The notes beneath the pieces are model-generated. The model saw only the letters and a program-made list of their open reading frames with translations, did not search any database and was not told where the DNA came from. Both the position numbers and the translations under genes were made by a program. A stretch of 64,000 nt of DNA from Chitinophaga pinensis (lineage in GTDB: Bacteria; Bacteroidota; Bacteroidia; Chitinophagales; CAMDFR01), in assembly GCA_945860705.1 (NCBI GenBank), contig CAMART010000003.1, forward strand, positions 56,643 through 120,642. Direction: 5' to 3'. Positions 31,539-40,990 of this stretch are shown one piece after another; position 1 is the first letter of the stretch; each line of letters opens with the position of its first letter.

Positions 31539-34500
31539 ATGAAGAAAATTCTACTACTACTATTCAGTGTTTTTTCCTTTGCGCTTGCCTACTCTCAGCC
31601 ATATGGCAATGAGTGGATTAATTATTCTCAACCCTACTATAAAATAAAAGTGGCTTCTGATGGGATTTATCGAATTCCATATACTACATTAAATTCTTCT
31701 ATACCTGGTTTAAGTTCTTTGACTGGTGCCAATTTTACTATGTATCACAATGGAGTAAACATACCAATATATGTAACTACTGCAGGTACTCTTAGTAGTA
31801 GTGATTATATAGAGTTTATGGGTAGAAAAAATGATGGCAAGCTGGAAACTTCTTTATATAAAGACAGTATCTATCAGATGCACGACTTATTTAGTTTGTT
31901 TAGTGATACGAGTTCATTTTATCTTACTTACAATACACTATCTAGCAATCCCCGATTTATAAATACTATAAATGATATGACTTCTCTTCCCGCACGAGAA
32001 GAGTATTTTATGTATACTGCTAGAAAACTAAACACAAATGCCTATTCATACGGACGTGGATATAATATAGCTGGTTCAACTTTATACGACAGTGAGTTTG
32101 ATATGGGTGAAGGATGGTTGGGTACTGACTTTGTAGGAACTACAGTCAATAATAATATTAGTACACCAAATGCATATACACTCGGTCCAGCTACAGCAAG
32201 TATTCGTTCGGTAATATTTTCAAAATCATTCAACAACCATAGAATCAGCGTAACACATAATGGCAACTTACTTGTAGATTCTACAAGATTTGGATATTAC
32301 TTATGGAAGTTTAATCATACAGTACCTATTTCTACTATCACAGCTACCAGCAATGTATCTATAGATGCCCAAGACCCAGACAATGATAGAAATGCTATTT
32401 CGTTGATAGAAATTACCTATCCGAAAATTTTTAATTTTGAAAACTTAAGTACATATGAATTTACTATAACAGCAGGTGCAAGAAAGTATATAGAAATCAC
32501 CAATTTCAATAATCGTTCTACAACACCAATTCTATATGACTTAACAAATAACTTACGTATCACTGGAGTGATAGTAGGTACTACTCTTCGTTTTGCTCTA
32601 CCCGCTTCTAGCCAAGATAGACAATTATACTTACGTAGTGATGCAACTGTAGATTATAAAACAGTGAGCAGTATTAGTACTGTCAATTTTGTAGATCTTC
32701 GTTCTCTATCCTCTCAAGGAGATTATATTATTTTATCAAATTCAAAATTATTTGATGATGGAACTGGTACAAATTGGGTAGAAGAATATAGAAAATATAG
32801 AGATATAGGTTCATCTACTACAGGTACATTTTATGCAAGAACTATTGATGTAGAGCAAATCTTTGAACAATTTGGATACGGTGTACCAAAATCACCTGTA
32901 GCTTATAGAAATTTTATATCCTATGCACTAGATGTTTGGACTATAAAACCAAAATATTTATTTCTTGTAGGAAAAGGAAGAGAATACAATGCACAAAGAA
33001 ATGGAGGTAGTACATTTAATGCAAATTTAGTCCCTTCATTTGGATATCCAGCTAGTGATGCTATGGTCACAGGTTCACAAAGCAACTATTTACAACGTGT
33101 GGCTACTGGAAGATTAGCTGCAGATAATGGTACCGAAGTAAAAAATTATTTTGAAAAAGTAGTACAATACGAAGCTGAACAAAGAACTTTTGGAGATCCT
33201 TATCAAACTATAGATAAAAAAGGATGGATGAAGGAAGTACTGCATCTTGGTGGAGGTACTACTACATTTGAACAAACTGAATTTAGAGGATATTTAAATA
33301 GTTTTGAAAATAGAATAGAAAGAGATTCTTTTGGAGCTCATGTAAATTCACTTTATAAAAGCTCTACTGCTCCAATAGATGTGACCGCTACAGAATATCT
33401 AAAAGCTAGAATTGATAGTGGCATATCATTGATGACATTTTTTGGACACTCAGCTTCAGGTACTTTTGATATAAGTATAGATGAACCAGAAAACTATAAT
33501 AATACAGGAAAATATCCAGTCATATATTCAAATGGATGTTTTGCAGGAGATATTTTCACGTCTGGTACGGGTATTAGTGAGCGTTTTGTATTGACTCCAC
33601 AAAAAGGTGCTATTGCATTTATAGCAAGTACAGGTCTTTCATTATCTACATCACTATTTTCATATGGAACATCTTTATACAATTCTTTCTCTGGAAAAAC
33701 ATATGGTAAAGGTCTCGGAGATCATATAAAACAAGCCGTAGCAGAAATGAAATCTTCTGCTTATTTATACAATGAATTACTTGCACATGAAGTAGCGCTG
33801 CATGGCGACCCTGCTATCAAGCTCAATAATTATTTAGCACCCGATTATATGATTAGTCCTCAAACAGTATTTTTCAATCCACCTGTTATAACTGCTAGTC
33901 TAGACACTTTTGAGCTAAATGTAGTGACTACAAATTTAGGAATGGCTATCGTAGATTCGTATGCTATAGAAGTAACAAGAATTTTATCTGATGGTTCTCA
34001 AATTTTATATAGACAAAATGTAAAAGCTCCTTACTATAGAGATACTACAATATTTAAAATACCAACGCTTCTTAGCGGGGGAACTAGTGGACTTGGTATT
34101 AATAATTTTAGTGTGTATGTTGATGTTGATGACGAAGTACCAAGTGAACTAAGCGAATCTAATAATTATATACTTAATGCGGTAAGTACGACTATTCAAA
34201 GTGAAGATATTTTACCTATATATCCATACGAATTTTCTATTGTACCACAACAACCCATCACTTTCAAAGCAAGTACTGTTAATCCATTTGCTGCACCTAG
34301 ATGGTATGTATTTGAAATGGATACTACTGAACTTTTTAATAGCTCTATCAAACAGCAAATGAAAGTATATCAAAGTGGAGGAGTGGTGCACTTCACACCA
34401 TCGTTTTTGTATAGAGATAGTGTAGTATATTATTGGAGAGTGAGTAAAGATTCTACATCAGCTACAGATGGATATTCTTGGCATAACTCATCTTTTATTT

Positions 34501-36578
34501 ATATCACTGGCGAATACCCAGGCTGGAATCAATCTCATTACTATCAATGGTTAAAAGATGACTATAGCAATGTATATATGGACAATGATAGAGTACTCAA
34601 ATTTGTACCAGATATAAAAGCAATAGAGGTAAATACTGGTCTGTGGAATGGATACGGAGGACCTACCACTTTTGAACGTATAGAATGGAAAATAAATGGA
34701 GCTAATATGCATCGTGCACGTATGATTGGTTGTGGTGCTACTTATGGTATCAATATAGCTGTGATCGATCCTGTATCTGGTTTGCCATGGTTTTCTACAG
34801 TTACAGCTGGAAGTAATTATAATCCAAAATATGGTAGTTATCATTGTAGTTATCAGCCAAATGACCAATATGCATTTACTTTTAGAACTACTGGAACTCA
34901 TCCTACGCTTGGTATTCCATGGTCAGAAGTGATTACAAATTTTATTGATTCTATTCCTGCAGGATATTATATACTTATTTATAGCCAAAACAAACCTCTG
35001 TATACAGCTTGGGATGTATCACTTCGTAGTAAAATTTTAGGACTAGGCGCTACACAATTATTAGATTTATTGAGTGGAGTAGCAGAAGGGCCATATGCTT
35101 TCTTTTGCAAAAAAGGAGATCTCACATATCCAATTCAAGAGCAATATAAAAATAGTTGGAGCCAACAAGTATATATGGCATTCAATATAACAGGTAGATG
35201 GAATCAAGGTTCGTTTATTTCACCAAAGATAGGCCCATCAAGAGAATGGGGAAGTGTACATTGGAGATTTAGCTCACAAGATAGTCCCAAAACAGATATA
35301 GAAAGTATGGATATAATTGGTGTTGATGCTGGAGGTATTGAAACAAATTTAAAAACATTGACCTCTACACTCGATACAAATATTACTTTTATTGATGCAT
35401 ATATTTACCCATACATACGACTAAGATACAATACGTATGACTCTATCAATAGAACTCCTACACAGCCTTATTACTGGAGAGTCCTATATAAAGAAGTGCC
35501 TGAAATAGCTTTAAATCCATCTATATTTTTCAAGCTCACAAAAGATACTATGCAACAAGGAAATATTCTCAACTTACAATGTGCTGTAGAAAGTATAGTA
35601 GATATAGACATGGATAGTCTTTTAGTAAAATATGATGTGCGTGATGCAACACATACTACCAATTTATTTTTCAATAGAGGTGATAGTATCAAAGGACTTG
35701 ATACTATGAATATCAATTTTGATTTGAATGTACTTGGCAACAATTATGTAGGACTCAACTATCTAGTAGTAGAACTCAATCCAAACAATGATCAACTCGA
35801 ACAATATCATTTTAACAATTATGGATTGCTTCAATTTTTTGTAAAAGGGGATGATGTAAATCCACTACTCAATGTGACTTTTGATGGAAGACATATACTC
35901 AACGGTGATATAGTGAGTGCTAAACCAAATATCATGATTACTCTAAAAGATGAAAGTAGATTCCTAGCATTGGATGACACTTCAGCAATAGATGTGTCAC
36001 TCAAATATCCTGATGGAGGTATGAGACGAATCAATTATGATAATAATATTCTTACATTCTTCCCAGCAGATGCAGGCAGACTGAATATAGAAAATAAAGC
36101 ACGAGTAGATTTCAAACCACTACTCACATCAGATGGTACCTATGAACTCATCATCACAGATAAAGATAAAAGTGGTAATGTATCGCATAGAAATAATTAT
36201 AGAATACAGTTTGAAGTGATCAATAAATCTACTATCAGTAATGTACTGAACTATCCAAATCCATTTACTACCAAAACTAGATTTGTGTTTACACTTACTG
36301 GATATGAAATACCTACCTACTTCAAAGTGCAGATATATAATGCTACAGGCAAAGTAGTAAAAGAAATCACACAAGATGAACTAGGCCCAATAGTGATCGG
36401 CAGAAATATGACTCAATACGCATGGGATGGTACAGATGAGTATGGCGATGCTCTAGGCAATGGAGTTTACTTCTATAGAATAGTGAGTACTATCAACGAC
36501 GAGAAAATAGAACATAGAGAAGAAAGCTATGATAAGTTCTTTAAAAAAGGATTTGGAAAGATGCTCTTGATAAGATAG
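31539..36578 (+). CDS. Peptidase C25 (gingipain-fold) protein, PorU2-like, with CARDB/Ig-like region and T9SS C-terminal domain
   Basis: GNEWI..Q.YYKI N-domain, ATGRL, FFGHS (His) and NGCFAG (Cys), LHGDPA, C-terminal NYPNPF...WDG...NGVYFY. Confidence 0.88.
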   Translation: MKKILLLLFSVFSFALAYSQPYGNEWINYSQPYYKIKVASDGIYRIPYTTLNSSIPGLSSLTGANFTMYHNGVNIPIYVTTAGTLSSSDYIEFMGRKNDGKLETSLYKDSIYQMHDLFSLFSDTSSFYLTYNTLSSNPRFINTINDMTSLPAREEYFMYTARKLNTNAYSYGRGYNIAGSTLYDSEFDMGEGWLGTDFVGTTVNNNISTPNAYTLGPATASIRSVIFSKSFNNHRISVTHNGNLLVDSTRFGYYLWKFNHTVPISTITATSNVSIDAQDPDNDRNAISLIEITYPKIFNFENLSTYEFTITAGARKYIEITNFNNRSTTPILYDLTNNLRITGVIVGTTLRFALPASSQDRQLYLRSDATVDYKTVSSISTVNFVDLRSLSSQGDYIILSNSKLFDDGTGTNWVEEYRKYRDIGSSTTGTFYARTIDVEQIFEQFGYGVPKSPVAYRNFISYALDVWTIKPKYLFLVGKGREYNAQRNGGSTFNANLVPSFGYPASDAMVTGSQSNYLQRVATGRLAADNGTEVKNYFEKVVQYEAEQRTFGDPYQTIDKKGWMKEVLHLGGGTTTFEQTEFRGYLNSFENRIERDSFGAHVNSLYKSSTAPIDVTATEYLKARIDSGISLMTFFGHSASGTFDISIDEPENYNNTGKYPVIYSNGCFAGDIFTSGTGISERFVLTPQKGAIAFIASTGLSLSTSLFSYGTSLYNSFSGKTYGKGLGDHIKQAVAEMKSSAYLYNELLAHEVALHGDPAIKLNNYLAPDYMISPQTVFFNPPVITASLDTFELNVVTTNLGMAIVDSYAIEVTRILSDGSQILYRQNVKAPYYRDTTIFKIPTLLSGGTSGLGINNFSVYVDVDDEVPSELSESNNYILNAVSTTIQSEDILPIYPYEFSIVPQQPITFKASTVNPFAAPRWYVFEMDTTELFNSSIKQQMKVYQSGGVVHFTPSFLYRDSVVYYWRVSKDSTSATDGYSWHNSSFIYITGEYPGWNQSHYYQWLKDDYSNVYMDNDRVLKFVPDIKAIEVNTGLWNGYGGPTTFERIEWKINGANMHRARMIGCGATYGINIAVIDPVSGLPWFSTVTAGSNYNPKYGSYHCSYQPNDQYAFTFRTTGTHPTLGIPWSEVITNFIDSIPAGYYILIYSQNKPLYTAWDVSLRSKILGLGATQLLDLLSGVAEGPYAFFCKKGDLTYPIQEQYKNSWSQQVYMAFNITGRWNQGSFISPKIGPSREWGSVHWRFSSQDSPKTDIESMDIIGVDAGGIETNLKTLTSTLDTNITFIDAYIYPYIRLRYNTYDSINRTPTQPYYWRVLYKEVPEIALNPSIFFKLTKDTMQQGNILNLQCAVESIVDIDMDSLLVKYDVRDATHTTNLFFNRGDSIKGLDTMNINFDLNVLGNNYVGLNYLVVELNPNNDQLEQYHFNNYGLLQFFVKGDDVNPLLNVTFDGRHILNGDIVSAKPNIMITLKDESRFLALDDTSAIDVSLKYPDGGMRRINYDNNILTFFPADAGRLNIENKARVDFKPLLTSDGTYELIITDKDKSGNVSHRNNYRIQFEVINKSTISNVLNYPNPFTTKTRFVFTLTGYEIPTYFKVQIYNATGKVVKEITQDELGPIVIGRNMTQYAWDGTDEYGDALGNGVYFYRIVSTINDEKIEHREESYDKFFKKGFGKMLLIR

Positions 36579-36586
36579 ACTTTATT

Positions 36587-36652
36587 AGTTACAAGTTCAA
36601 AGTTACAAGTTAATAGTTACAAGCTTGCCTGACGGCAGTCAGTTTCAAAGTT
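36587..36652 (+). repeat. AGTTACA/AGTTCAA heptamer tract interrupted by a 20-bp hairpin insert (36624-36643)
   Basis: agttaca agttcaa agttaca agttaat agttaca ag[cttgcctgacggcagtcagt]ttcaa agtt. Confidence 0.85.
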
Positions 36653-36700
36653 GATGTTAAATATTAAAAATATTCACTTAGTCTTCTCAACCGGCTCATC

Positions 36701-36806
36701 TTCCCCTCTTGAGAGGGGTTAGGGGTGTGTTTATGAAGTTGTATAAGTCACGAAGCAATTGAGAGAGCCTGTTCCGCTATAGCGGGAGGTTAGGGGTGTG
36801 TTTATG
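36701..36806 (+). repeat. Two copies of a REP-like element CCCCTCT-TG-AGAGGGG-TTAGGGGTGTGTTTATG; second copy truncated and interrupted
   Basis: ggttaggggtgtgtttatg identical at 36717-36735 and 36788-36806; insert cctgttccgctatagcggga at 36768-36787. Confidence 0.85.
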
Positions 36807-36815
36807 TAAAATAAA

Positions 36816-37136
36816 AGATGCCTCCTTCCTCGGCATTTCAAAATGTAATTTCATTATCACAATTAGTTTGTCATTCTGACGAAGGAAGAATCTAATAGTA
36901 TATCAATCAAATTATAGATGCCTCTTTCCTCGGCTTTCAAAAGGAATATATTATCGCAATTAGTTTGTCATTCTGACGAAGGAGGAATCTCTATTAATTT
37001 CAAGTAAAAAAGATGCCTCTTTCCTCGGCATTTCAAAAAGCAAATATTTTATTACATTATGCTTGTCATTCTGACGAAGGTAGAATCTAATAATATGTAT
37101 TTCAAAGTTAGATGCCTCCTTCCTCGGCATTTCAAA
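36816..37136. repeat. Alternating dual-repeat (BIME-like) array A-B-A-B-A-B-A, period 95-100 bp
   Basis: A = AGATGCCTCYTTCCTCGGC(A)TTTCAAA at 36816, 36916, 37011, 37110; B = GTCATTCTGACGAAGGWRGAATCT at 36870, 36967, 37065. Confidence 0.93.
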
Positions 37137-37184
37137 GAATAAAATTTGTACAATAATTTAACTTTGGAATATCATATCTGCTAA

Positions 37185-37838
37185 TTAATTACCATCTATC
37201 TCTTTCAAAATAATTTTAATAATTTCTTCGCTTTTTTCCATCATCATCAAGTGAGTACCTCCTTTTATTTTTATACAATCTTTGATATAAAATATCGGAA
37301 ATAAGGTATCTCTTGTGCCATGTATATGTACGATGTTGTGTGGGTATGTTTTATTATCCCATTGCATCACTTTTTCTATAGCCCATTTCATAAATCCTGG
37401 ATCAGCATCCTGACTCATATCTAGAGCCAATTGCAAAAATTTCTTCTCACTACGTAATCTGAGTATTTTTACTATCGCTCTATTTACGCCATTATAAAAT
37501 CTGCCTGTGGTACTTCTAAATAAAGAAATATATTTACCAATTCTAATAAAATGAGGCAATTCTTTTCTTTGTTTTACAGATGATACAATGATTACTTTTT
37601 CTGGTTGAAGTATTTTAGAAAGCTCTACAGCTATGATACCACCCATAGAAGTTCCAATGATTGCAAATGGTTCTGTAGTTTTTATCTGTTTGCTAAATCG
37701 TTCTATATAGTCTGCAAAACTCTCCTCTGGAAAAGGAACAAACCAATCTAATACTTCTGTATCTCTATCATCCAGTGAAGTGATAGGTTCATACATTCTA
37801 GCATCAGCTCCAAGTCCAGGTATTAAATATAATTTCAA
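37185..37838 (-). CDS. Alpha/beta-fold hydrolase
   Basis: IPGLGAD, nucleophile elbow GTSMGG, HIHGTRD, GGTH. Confidence 0.9.
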   Translation of the reverse strand: MKLYLIPGLGADARMYEPITSLDDRDTEVLDWFVPFPEESFADYIERFSKQIKTTEPFAIIGTSMGGIIAVELSKILQPEKVIIVSSVKQRKELPHFIRIGKYISLFRSTTGRFYNGVNRAIVKILRLRSEKKFLQLALDMSQDADPGFMKWAIEKVMQWDNKTYPHNIVHIHGTRDTLFPIFYIKDCIKIKGGTHLMMMEKSEEIIKIILKEIDGN

Positions 37839-37887
37839 CTATTTTCTATTTTGTATTATCAAATGTAAATATACTAAAATTGACAAT

Positions 37888-39288
37888 TTACAAGGCTACT
37901 TCTTCTTTGTAGTTTGGTATATATATATTTTGAAATCCTGCTTCATTCAAATGATTTTTAAATACATGCATTACATTTTCATCTCCATGCACTAAAAATA
38001 CTTTTTTGACATCTGAAGGATTTTGTGATGACAAAAATTTAAGCATTTCAACATAATCACCATGTGCTGAAAACCCATTGAGTTTTTTCACTTGTGCTTT
38101 TACAGGAAAATAACTCCTAAATATTTTTACTTCTTTTGCGCCACCTACGAGCTTTCCTCCTAAACTATATGGAGAGCAATATCCCACCATCAAAATCGTA
38201 TTTCTAGAATTTACTATAGCGTGAAGTATATGATGTTTTACTCTACCGGCTTCCGCCATACCACTTGCAGAAATAATAATACATGGCTCATGTCTTTCAT
38301 TCAATGCTTGACTTTCGCTTTTACTTTGTATAAAAGTTAGTCCCTTAAATCCAAATGGATCTGGATCTTTTTTCATAAAAGCTTTCATTCTATCGTTATA
38401 GCATTCTGGATATGTTTCCATGATATCTGTAGCTCGCTCACTCAATGGACTATCTACATAAGTTTTTATTTTAGGCAATTTATTTTCAAATGATAAATCA
38501 TTCAATGCTGAGAGTAATTCTTGAGTTCTACCAACACTAAAAGCAGGTATTATCAATTTCCCTTTTCGTCTAATACAAGTATCTTCTATTATCTCTAATA
38601 ATTTAAATTTTAAATTTGGATCTGGGTCATGAATTTTATCTCCATAAGTACTTTCTGTAAGTATAATATCTGCTTGAGGAAATGCTTGAGGTGTGCGAAG
38701 TATTCTATTATTGTATCGTCCTATATCTCCTGTAAATGTAAGACGTGTAGTTTTGTCTTTTTCTTTTAAAACTAAATTCACGGATGCACTTCCTAGAATA
38801 TGACCATTATCTAAAAATAATACTTGTACTGAATCATCTATATTAAATGGAGTATCATATGCTACAGTTTCTATTTGAGAGATTGCTTTATTTACGTCTT
38901 TGATATCATACAAAGGTTTGAGATCAGGCAAATTATTTTTCTGTCTTTCTTTGTTTACAAATTTGATATCGCTCTCTTGTATACTAGCACTGTCTTCTAG
39001 CAATGCTTCTGTTACGTCTTTTGTAGCTGGAGTACAGTATATTTTACCTTTAAATCCTTCTTTTACTAGTTTTGGTAAAAGTCCTGAATGATCTATATGA
39101 GCATGTGAGAGTATTACATATGAAATTTTTGATGCATCAAAACCAAAATTCTTATTCCATTCATCTATCTCTTCTCCACTGCCTTGAAACAAACCACAAT
39201 CCAATAAAAATTGAGTGCCATTATCTAAGGTAACTAAATGCTTAGAGCCTGTTACTTCTTTTGCTGCTCCATAAAATCCTATTTTCAT
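37888..39288 (-). CDS. MBL-fold beta-CASP ribonuclease (Ysh1/CPSF73-like family)
   Basis: GAAKEVTGS, SHAHIDHSG, GHILGS, TGDIG, ESTYG, FSVGRTQE, SASGM, SAH, LVHG. Confidence 0.93.
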   Translation of the reverse strand: MKIGFYGAAKEVTGSKHLVTLDNGTQFLLDCGLFQGSGEEIDEWNKNFGFDASKISYVILSHAHIDHSGLLPKLVKEGFKGKIYCTPATKDVTEALLEDSASIQESDIKFVNKERQKNNLPDLKPLYDIKDVNKAISQIETVAYDTPFNIDDSVQVLFLDNGHILGSASVNLVLKEKDKTTRLTFTGDIGRYNNRILRTPQAFPQADIILTESTYGDKIHDPDPNLKFKLLEIIEDTCIRRKGKLIIPAFSVGRTQELLSALNDLSFENKLPKIKTYVDSPLSERATDIMETYPECYNDRMKAFMKKDPDPFGFKGLTFIQSKSESQALNERHEPCIIISASGMAEAGRVKHHILHAIVNSRNTILMVGYCSPYSLGGKLVGGAKEVKIFRSYFPVKAQVKKLNGFSAHGDYVEMLKFLSSQNPSDVKKVFLVHGDENVMHVFKNHLNEAGFQNIYIPNYKEEVAL

Positions 39289-39311
39289 ATACTATGTTTT
39301 TTTAAAAAATA

Positions 39312-39339
39312 AAAGCTATTGAAAGTATTCAATAGCTTT
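39312..39339 (-). terminator. Intrinsic terminator after infC
   Basis: aaagctattgaa-agta-ttcaatagcttt perfect 12-bp stem; T-rich tail on the minus strand. Confidence 0.8.
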
Positions 39340-39360
39340 AAATTAATGGTTTATATTAAA

Positions 39361-39936
39361 TTATTTTTTCTTTGTGTTTTTAGGATTTAGAATCATAAAC
39401 ATTCTTTTTCCTTCTAGTTTTGGAAGTTGCTCAGGAAGACCAAATTCTTCTAATCCTTTTGCAAATTTCAATAGTAATAACTCTCCCATATCTTGAAATA
39501 CTATAGCTCTACCTTTAAACTGAACATAACATTTTACTTTAGAACCATCTTTCAAAAATTTCTCTGCATGTTTTATTTTAAAATCAAAATCATGCTCATC
39601 TGTATGTGGTGTAAAACGAATTTCTTTTATAACAGTTTTCTGAGAATTACTTTTTATTTCTTTCTCTTTTTTCTTTTTTTCGTATAAAAACTTTGTGTAG
39701 TCGATTAGTCGGCATACTGGAGGAACTGCATTTGGAGAAATCTCTACTAAATCTACTCCTAAATCTTCTGCCATTTGAATAGCTTCGCGTGTACTTACTA
39801 TGCGAGATTCTACATTATCACCAGTGACTCTTACTTCTGGTACTCTGATATCAGCATTTATTCTATGCTCGTCTTTTTTTTGTTGTTGTGGATTAAATCT
39901 GTTGTATGGTGTTGTTGATTTCTTAATTAATGCCAA
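39361..39936 (-). CDS. infC: Translation initiation factor IF-3
   Basis: RINADIRVPEVR, DLVEISPNAVPPVCR, KEIRF, FKGR; probable TTG start. Confidence 0.97.
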   Translation of the reverse strand: MALIKKSTTPYNRFNPQQQKKDEHRINADIRVPEVRVTGDNVESRIVSTREAIQMAEDLGVDLVEISPNAVPPVCRLIDYTKFLYEKKKKEKEIKSNSQKTVIKEIRFTPHTDEHDFDFKIKHAEKFLKDGSKVKCYVQFKGRAIVFQDMGELLLLKFAKGLEEFGLPEQLPKLEGKRMFMILNPKNTKKK

Positions 39937-40006
39937 GTTCTATTTGTTTTAATGAATAATAAGTTTTTTATTTAATACGTAAAAATAAGTATAAAAAATG
40001 ATTTAT

Positions 40007-40990
40007 TTATATATTTCTATGAGTCTTTTTTAATACTAATCTAGGAAAAATGATTAAAATCATACTCAAAGTACCAAAAACTAAATAAAAAATACTTTGA
40101 CCAGCATGTATCACCACTGGAATAGTAGTACTTTCTATATCATTTACAAGCATGGCTGAGAGTGCAAAAGATGCACATAAATGATAGGTGCCTAATCCGT
40201 GTGCCGGCACAGGCAATGACCTTCCTATACCACCTATTACTATTACTAAAAGAGCAGTATGAATAGATAAATGAGCATCTTCGAATGCAAAAAACCAAAA
40301 ATAAGTCATCAATAAATACATAAGCCAAATAACTAGTGTATAAAAAAGAAATATTTTTTTTTCTTTCATTTGAAAAATACTTTTCAAACCACTATAAAAT
40401 GCGGAAAATTTATTATTAAAATAACTCAGTATCATTTGTCGATAAAAATATAAAATACAAATGGATACTAAAAAAACGAATAATAAAAGTATAAGAATAT
40501 TAAAACTAGTCTGAGTAAACTGGGCTTCTATATATTTTTGATAAAAAGAATAAATGATTTTATAATTAAATAGAGCAGTGAAAATAAATAATATGAGCAA
40601 TGATAAAACATCAAACACCCGCTCAATAAATACTGTAGCTAAAGAGTATGTAAATGGAATATCATTCTCCTTTCTCAAAATACCACACCTATATATTTCA
40701 CCCAATTTCCCTGTAGCAAAATTGACCAAATAAGCACTCATTATAGCATTATACGTAGTGAATGTATCGCTTTTATATTCGTTTTGATCTAGTAGAAGCT
40801 GCCATCGTTTTGTGCGAGCAATATGGCATATAATCGTACAAAGTAGTACTGGCAAATACCAAAAATAATTGATAGATTGAATTGTTTTTATAAGTGAATG
40901 AATATTTTGATTTCTAAAAGAAAAGTAAATACATACTATTCCAATAAGTAAAAATAAAATGGATGAAAAAATACTTTTCAGATGCATCAT
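40007..40990 (-). CDS. Lysylphosphatidylglycerol synthase TM / flippase-like membrane protein
   Basis: RTKRWQLLL, GKLGEIYRC, TVFIERVFD, P..GLGTYH; multiple TM helices. Confidence 0.85.
   Translation of the reverse strand: MMHLKSIFSSILFLLIGIVCIYFSFRNQNIHSLIKTIQSINYFWYLPVLLCTIICHIARTKRWQLLLDQNEYKSDTFTTYNAIMSAYLVNFATGKLGEIYRCGILRKENDIPFTYSLATVFIERVFDVLSLLILFIFTALFNYKIIYSFYQKYIEAQFTQTSFNILILLLFVFLVSICILYFYRQMILSYFNNKFSAFYSGLKSIFQMKEKKIFLFYTLVIWLMYLLMTYFWFFAFEDAHLSIHTALLVIVIGGIGRSLPVPAHGLGTYHLCASFALSAMLVNDIESTTIPVVIHAGQSIFYLVFGTLSMILIIFPRLVLKKTHRNI

Noticed and set aside
36816-37136. CRISPR array or TIGR-type array
   Set aside because: Two alternating repeats that are inverted versions of each other, spacers short and partly shared, and no cas, Tas or Nop-domain gene in the window; fits a REP/BIME-like array better
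37888-39288. beta-CASP nuclease as effector of the nearby array (type VII CRISPR-like)
   Set aside because: Looks like the ordinary stand-alone MBL/beta-CASP RNase, with no Cas5/Cas7 neighbours and no extra domain; proximity is probably coincidental
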